Assembly: GCA_965220085.1 (NCBI GenBank)
Contig: CBDCOZ010000003.1
Location: 32,001 to 96,000 of the forward strand
Length of the DNA: 64,000 nucleotides
Reading direction: 5' to 3'
From: Candidatus Oxydemutatoraceae bacterium
GTDB taxonomy: Bacteria; Pseudomonadota; Gammaproteobacteria; Poriferisulfidales; Oxydemutatoraceae
Part shown: in pieces, positions 59,220-64,000 of the stretch
Layout of the letters: the number at the start of each line of letters is the position of its first letter
Position numbering within the stretch: the stretch's first letter is position 1
The notes under the pieces: model-generated
Databases searched by the model: none
What the model was told of the DNA's origin: nothing
Seen by the model: the letters and a program-made list of their open reading frames with translations, nothing else
Position numbers and translations under genes: made by a program

Positions 59220-61421
59220 ATGGCGACCAACGCCTCTTTGCGAGTTGCTGTTTTCGGCTCCGCAACCCTCTGTCTGGAGTACGCTCCCGCCCCGCAGCAA
59301 ACGGCGGCGCCCGGCTGTCGGGTGCGGGTACCGCTCAACAAAAGCGCCAGAGTAGGCATGGTGCTGGAGGTCTTGGACGAAGCAAGCATAGACGCCGGCA
59401 AACTGCTTCCGGTAAGCGAGGCGCTGGATGACGAACCCATCGTTCCCGATCACTTGCTGTCGCTGCTGCGATGGATGGCGGATTACTACCACTACTCTTT
59501 TAACGGGGTGCTGTGTGTCGCCCTGCCGGATGCGATACGCAGAGGCAAGCCGCTGGAAGCCGAGCGCACGGTTTGGGAATGTTGCCCTGATGCGGATGCC
59601 GCCATACCCGCGCGCGCAAAAAAGCAAAAGGCTTTGTATGAGTTGCTGGCGAGCGACGGGCCGCTTGACGAGCAGACTATCAGCAGCCACTTCGGCGGCT
59701 GGCAAAAGCCGCTGCAAGCATTGGCGGCGAAGGGAGCCGCCCGTTGCCGCAAGGCGGAGCGCGCCGATGAAAAGACCCCTCAAGAGATAGGTCACGATCT
59801 CAATGCCGAGCAGGCGGCGGCGGTGGCGGCGGTGCGCGGCGCGGCGGACCGTTTCGGTTGCTACTTGCTGGAAGGGGTTACGGGAAGTGGCAAGACCGAA
59901 GTGTATTTAAACCTGTGCGCCGACGCCATCGCCTCGCAGCGGCAGGCGCTGGCGCTGGTGCCGGAAATCGGTTTAATCCCGCAGACCATATCCCGTTTCC
60001 GCAAACGCCTTGGCGGCGGCGTCATGAGTTTTCACTCCGCTCTGACCCCATCCGCTCGCGCGCAGTGTTGGAGCGCGGTATCTCTGGGCCGCGTGAGCGT
60101 GGTTGTTGGCACCCGCTCGGCAATCTTTTTGCCCTTCCAAAACTTAGGGCTCATCATCGTTGACGAAGAACACGACGCGTCATACAAACAAGACGCCTTC
60201 GGCGGGCAACGCGAGCGCCTCTGCTATCACGCCCGCGATGTGGCGGTCAAGCGCGCCCGCGATGCGAACATACCGGTCGTGCTCGGCAGCGCGACCGCAT
60301 CGCTTGAATCGCTTCGCAACGCCGCCGACGGCAAGTATCGCCGCCTCAGCCTGCCCCGCCGGGTCGGGCAATTTGCCCAGCCGGCGTATCGCATAATCGA
60401 TATGCGCGCGCAGCAATCGCTGGCGGGCATGTCAGAGGCGCTGGTCAATGCCATGCGCGAGAAGCTCGCCGCCGACGAACAAGTGTTGCTGTTTATCAAC
60501 CGCCGCGGCTACGCGCCGGTGACCTTGTGCGAAGCGTGCGGGGAAGTGCTGGACTGCGAGCGTTGCGATACGCACATGACATATCACCTCCACGACAAAA
60601 AGTTGCGCTGTCACCAGTGCGGCAAGGCGACCCCGGTTCCGCCCAAATGTCCGGCTTGCGGCGCCAGCCGTTTGCGCCCGGCGGGAGTTGCGATCGAACA
60701 GATCGAAGAAGCGTTGCGGGCATTGTTCCCCGCCGTCGGCATCGTCCGCTTTGACAGCGATGCGGTGCGCAGGAAGGACCAACTTGAGGAGTTGTTTGAC
60801 AGAGTGCACAAACGCCGCGCGCGCATTCTGCTCGGCACCCAAATGCTGATCAAAGGGCATCACTTCACCGGCGTGACTCTGGTCGGCGTTATCAATGTCG
60901 ATAACAGCCTGTTCTCTTCCGACTTCAGAGCGGTGGAACGTCTGGCCCAAGTGGTCATCCAAGTCGGCGGTCGCGCCGGTCGCGGCGAAGCCCCGGGCGA
61001 AGTGATGATACAGACCCATCACCCCGAGCACCCGCACTTGCGCTCGTTATTGCAAGACGGCTACGCGGTGTTTGCAAAAAGACTTCTCGCCGAGCGCGCA
61101 TCGACCGAGTTGCCGCCGTATTATCGTTGCGCGGTATTTCGCGCCGAAGCGGTGCGCATCGAAGAAGCGATGAAGTTCTTATCGCAAGTCGCGCGGCTTG
61201 CGGCGCGAACCCAAGGCAGCGAGGCGGTTCGGTTGTATGCCCCGATGCCGGCGACGATGGAAAAACGACAAGGGCTTTACCGCGCGCGGCTTGTGGTCAA
61301 GGCGCGGCAAGGCGCGGCATTACAACGGTTTCTGACCGCCTTGCTCCCTCGGATCAAGCCCCCCCCAAGCGGTGCGCCGGCGCGTTGGCATATTGATGTG
61401 GACCCGATTGAGTTTGACTAA
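59220..61421 (+). CDS. priA: primosomal protein N'
   Basis: GVTGSGKT, DEEHD, four CxxC motifs, C-terminal IDVDP. Confidence 0.96.
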   Translation: MATNASLRVAVFGSATLCLEYAPAPQQTAAPGCRVRVPLNKSARVGMVLEVLDEASIDAGKLLPVSEALDDEPIVPDHLLSLLRWMADYYHYSFNGVLCVALPDAIRRGKPLEAERTVWECCPDADAAIPARAKKQKALYELLASDGPLDEQTISSHFGGWQKPLQALAAKGAARCRKAERADEKTPQEIGHDLNAEQAAAVAAVRGAADRFGCYLLEGVTGSGKTEVYLNLCADAIASQRQALALVPEIGLIPQTISRFRKRLGGGVMSFHSALTPSARAQCWSAVSLGRVSVVVGTRSAIFLPFQNLGLIIVDEEHDASYKQDAFGGQRERLCYHARDVAVKRARDANIPVVLGSATASLESLRNAADGKYRRLSLPRRVGQFAQPAYRIIDMRAQQSLAGMSEALVNAMREKLAADEQVLLFINRRGYAPVTLCEACGEVLDCERCDTHMTYHLHDKKLRCHQCGKATPVPPKCPACGASRLRPAGVAIEQIEEALRALFPAVGIVRFDSDAVRRKDQLEELFDRVHKRRARILLGTQMLIKGHHFTGVTLVGVINVDNSLFSSDFRAVERLAQVVIQVGGRAGRGEAPGEVMIQTHHPEHPHLRSLLQDGYAVFAKRLLAERASTELPPYYRCAVFRAEAVRIEEAMKFLSQVARLAARTQGSEAVRLYAPMPATMEKRQGLYRARLVVKARQGAALQRFLTALLPRIKPPPSGAPARWHIDVDPIEFD

Positions 61422-61475
61422 AGCCCATGCTTTGCGCCCGGCAACAAGCGACAACACGGTAAAATAGCGACCGAT

Positions 61476-63212
61476 ATGAATCAGAAAATAAAACAATGGC
61501 TCACAGAGAGCCTCAACGCTTTGCAAGCCGCCGGCGCCATCGACAGCTTTCCCGACCCCGAAGTCAAGCCGGCAAAAAATCCCGCGCACGGTGACTACAC
61601 GAGCAATATCGCGATGATAATCTCCCGCGCCGCCGCCCGCCCGGCCGCCGATCTTGCAAACACCATCATTGCCGCGCACCCGTTGCCGCGTGAAATTAAA
61701 AAAGCCGAAGTCGCCGGCCCCGGCTTTATAAACTTTTATCTGCAAGACGCGGTGCGCGCCGATGTCATCGCCGCCATTCTCGAGCAAGGCGAGCGCTACG
61801 GGTGCCGCCCGCCCGGCAGCCGGGGGCGCGCGCTGGTCGAGTTCGTATCCGCCAACCCGACCGGGCCTTTGCACATCGGGCACGGGCGCGGCGCCGCGTA
61901 TGGCGCGGCACTGGTCAATCTGCTGACCGCGGCGGGCTATGACACCGACAGCGAATACTACATCAACGACAAAGGCCGGCAGATGGACATCCTGACGCTA
62001 TCGGTATGGTTGCGCTACCTCGACCTGTGCGGCGCCGAGACAGACTTTCCCGCCGGCTGTTATCAGGGCGACTATGTGTGGGACATCGCCGCCAAGTTGC
62101 GCAACGCCCACGGCGAAGCGTTCAAACACACGCTAAGCGATGTACCGCCCGAGGACACCGAGGCGAACCTCGATGCGCTGATTGCCCGCATGAAAGATTT
62201 GTTGCGCGAAGAGTACGCCGTCGTGTTTGACCTGACGCTTAAAGTCATGCTGGACAGCATCCGCAACGACCTGGACCGCCTCGGCGTGTCCTACTCGCGC
62301 TGGTTTTCGGAGCGCGAAGAGCTCGGCGAAAAAGAGATTGCCCAAGCGATCGCCGCATTGGAAAAGAACGGCCTGATATACGAGAAGGAAGGCGCGCGCT
62401 GGTTCAAGTCCGGCGCGCTGGGCGATGCAAAAGACCGCGTAGTCGCGCGCGCCAACGGTCAGACGACATACTTCGCATCGGATATCGCCTACCATCTTCA
62501 CAAGTACCGGCGCGGCTACGATTTGCTCGTCAATGTTTGGGGCGCCGATCACCACGGCTACGCGGCGCGCATCACCGCCGCGATGCAAGCGGCGGGGTTT
62601 GACAAGAACAAGTTGCGCATCGTATTGGTGCAATTCGTAAACCTCTACCGCAAAAAGGAATTGGTCGCCATGTCCACCCGCAGCGGCGAGTTCTACCCGC
62701 TGGCGGCGTTGCGCAAGGAAGTGGGCCGCGATGCGACCCGGCTGTTTTACCTGACATACAAATACAATCAGCACATGGACTTTGACATGGCCCTGGCGGC
62801 CTCCCGCAGCGCGGACAACCCCGTGTACTACATTCAATACGCACACGCGCGGGTGTGCAGCGTGTTCTCGCGCCTGCAAGAGAAGGGCCTTGACTATGCT
62901 TTTGACGCGCGGGCGTTATCGCGCCTTGAGGAGGAGCAGGAATCCGACCTGCTCAAACTGATGGCACAGTATCCCGGCGCATTGGCCGCCGCTGCGCGCG
63001 AGATGGAGCCGCATGCGTTGCTGAATTATCTGAGAACGCTGGCGGGACAGTTTCATTCTTACTACAACAGCCGCCGGCTCATCGTTGACGACGACGCACT
63101 GCGCGCCGCGCGGCTTGCCCTGACCCTGGCAATCGGTCAAATTATCCGCTCCGGCTTGGAGATGCTCGGCGCGTCCGCGCCGCAGCGCATGGACAGCAAT
63201 GACGACTCGTGA
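61476..63212 (+). CDS. argS: arginine--tRNA ligase
   Basis: SANPTGPLHIGHGR, GADHHGY, MSTRSG, YIQYAHAR. Confidence 0.97.
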   Translation: MNQKIKQWLTESLNALQAAGAIDSFPDPEVKPAKNPAHGDYTSNIAMIISRAAARPAADLANTIIAAHPLPREIKKAEVAGPGFINFYLQDAVRADVIAAILEQGERYGCRPPGSRGRALVEFVSANPTGPLHIGHGRGAAYGAALVNLLTAAGYDTDSEYYINDKGRQMDILTLSVWLRYLDLCGAETDFPAGCYQGDYVWDIAAKLRNAHGEAFKHTLSDVPPEDTEANLDALIARMKDLLREEYAVVFDLTLKVMLDSIRNDLDRLGVSYSRWFSEREELGEKEIAQAIAALEKNGLIYEKEGARWFKSGALGDAKDRVVARANGQTTYFASDIAYHLHKYRRGYDLLVNVWGADHHGYAARITAAMQAAGFDKNKLRIVLVQFVNLYRKKELVAMSTRSGEFYPLAALRKEVGRDATRLFYLTYKYNQHMDFDMALAASRSADNPVYYIQYAHARVCSVFSRLQEKGLDYAFDARALSRLEEEQESDLLKLMAQYPGALAAAAREMEPHALLNYLRTLAGQFHSYYNSRRLIVDDDALRAARLALTLAIGQIIRSGLEMLGASAPQRMDSNDDS

Positions 63213-63741
63213 TTACATCAACCGCAAGATAAGTCTCAAAAAGCGGGGGCCTGTCAACAAAGGATTTCTAATCGGCGCGGTGTTCGGCCTGACGCTTGGC
63301 ATCGGCGTTGCGGCGGGCATGCATTACTACTGCCAAAACATAGCGCGCAGCGCCCTGACATCCGAAGAGCAAGCCACCCCGTCGGGCAAAGGAGAAGCCG
63401 CTCCCGAGCGACTTCCCGGCTCCGACTTTCGTTTCTTCTCCCACCTCCCGTCGTTTGAGATTACCGTGCCCGAAGGGCAAGCGCCGCCGGACAAAGCCGC
63501 CAACGCCGCCGCCCCGTCATACATCCTGCAAGCGAGAGCGTTCAAAACGCGCGAAGCCGCCGACGAACACAAGCGCTCGCTGAGCGAACTGAACTACGAA
63601 GCAAAGATAAAAAAGATCAGTCGGGACGGTCGCGACTGGTTCCGCATATGGCTCGGCCCATACCCGCTGACGGAAGCGGCATCAACGCGGCGTCAACTGC
63701 GCGCCAAAGGCGTGGAGACCATGATCAAAGAAGACCGCTAG
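63199..63741 (+). CDS. SPOR-domain cell division protein (FtsN-like)
   Basis: N-terminal TM; Y.LQ..AF...WFRIWLGPY; conserved position after argS. Confidence 0.82.
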   Translation: MTTRDYINRKISLKKRGPVNKGFLIGAVFGLTLGIGVAAGMHYYCQNIARSALTSEEQATPSGKGEAAPERLPGSDFRFFSHLPSFEITVPEGQAPPDKAANAAAPSYILQARAFKTREAADEHKRSLSELNYEAKIKKISRDGRDWFRIWLGPYPLTEAASTRRQLRAKGVETMIKEDR

Positions 63742-63810
63742 CGGTCTGCGCAGAAGCGCGCGCTCGCCCGCAACGGAGACAACAAGCAAGGCGGCCAGCG
63801 CGAGCGGTCC

Positions 63811-63894
63811 TACCGAGAGAGGGACTCGAACCCTCATGGAGTTACCCCCACCGGATTTTGAGTCCGGCGCGTCTACCAATTCCGCCATCTCGGC
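63811..63894 (-). tRNA. tRNA-Leu(CAA), CCA not encoded
   Basis: GCCGAGATGGCGGAATTGGTAGACGCGCCGGACT-CAA-AATCCGG...GGTTCGAGTCCC; long variable arm. Confidence 0.96.
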
Positions 63895-64000
63895 ATGGCC
63901 CGAATTATATATGCTTTTATCGCCGCCGTCATTTGTCGCGCCATGCGACGCTCCCCTTGCGGGGGAGTCCGAATCTCGCGCCACAAAATGCCCGGGCTTT

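Noticed and set aside
58747-59220. 157-aa ORF upstream of priA (and ORFs 41449-41673, 57741-58052)
   Set aside because: They run through the triplicated non-coding priA upstream repeat, frames are not conserved between copies, and there are no motifs.
63811-63894. tRNA-Leu as the integration site of the islands
   Set aside because: No duplicated tRNA 3' end or integrase found in the window.

Overview
Chromosomal window of a sulfur-oxidising gammaproteobacterium; a host-associated lifestyle (e.g. sponge symbiont) is only inferred, from the TPR and adhesin load. The housekeeping backbone is argH', soxZY, recG-ridA-spoT-rpoZ, priA-argS-SPOR and tRNA-Leu(CAA). Accessory DNA interrupts it repeatedly: two near-identical IS1595 copies, IS481-like remnants, an MTase/GHKL-histidine kinase/receiver-HEPN module, an MboII-like type IIS R-M system inside a 190-bp direct repeat, a ~24-TPR protein, a radical-SAM/tailoring-enzyme cluster, a HEPN-MNT pair, and a ~17-kb defence island (type III R-M split by IetAS, ATPase-PIN and ubiquitination-like cassettes, plus RloAB and vsr). 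The most striking signal is a dispersed family of exported Ig/cadherin-like proteins (4 genes plus 1 remnant) that all end in the identical tail LRLRLRLFLEGPLR*. Each of the three lead genes has a poly-C tract (C19, C21, C13) in its signal-peptide region, and all three are currently out of frame. Two of the three loci share a promoter motif, and two are flanked by a 25-bp palindromic site (CGCAAACAAY-N5-RTTGTTTGCG) in inverted or direct pairs. This looks like an undescribed phase-variable surface-display system with a C-terminal sorting/assembly strand. All family assignments come from motif recognition by eye; no database search was run.
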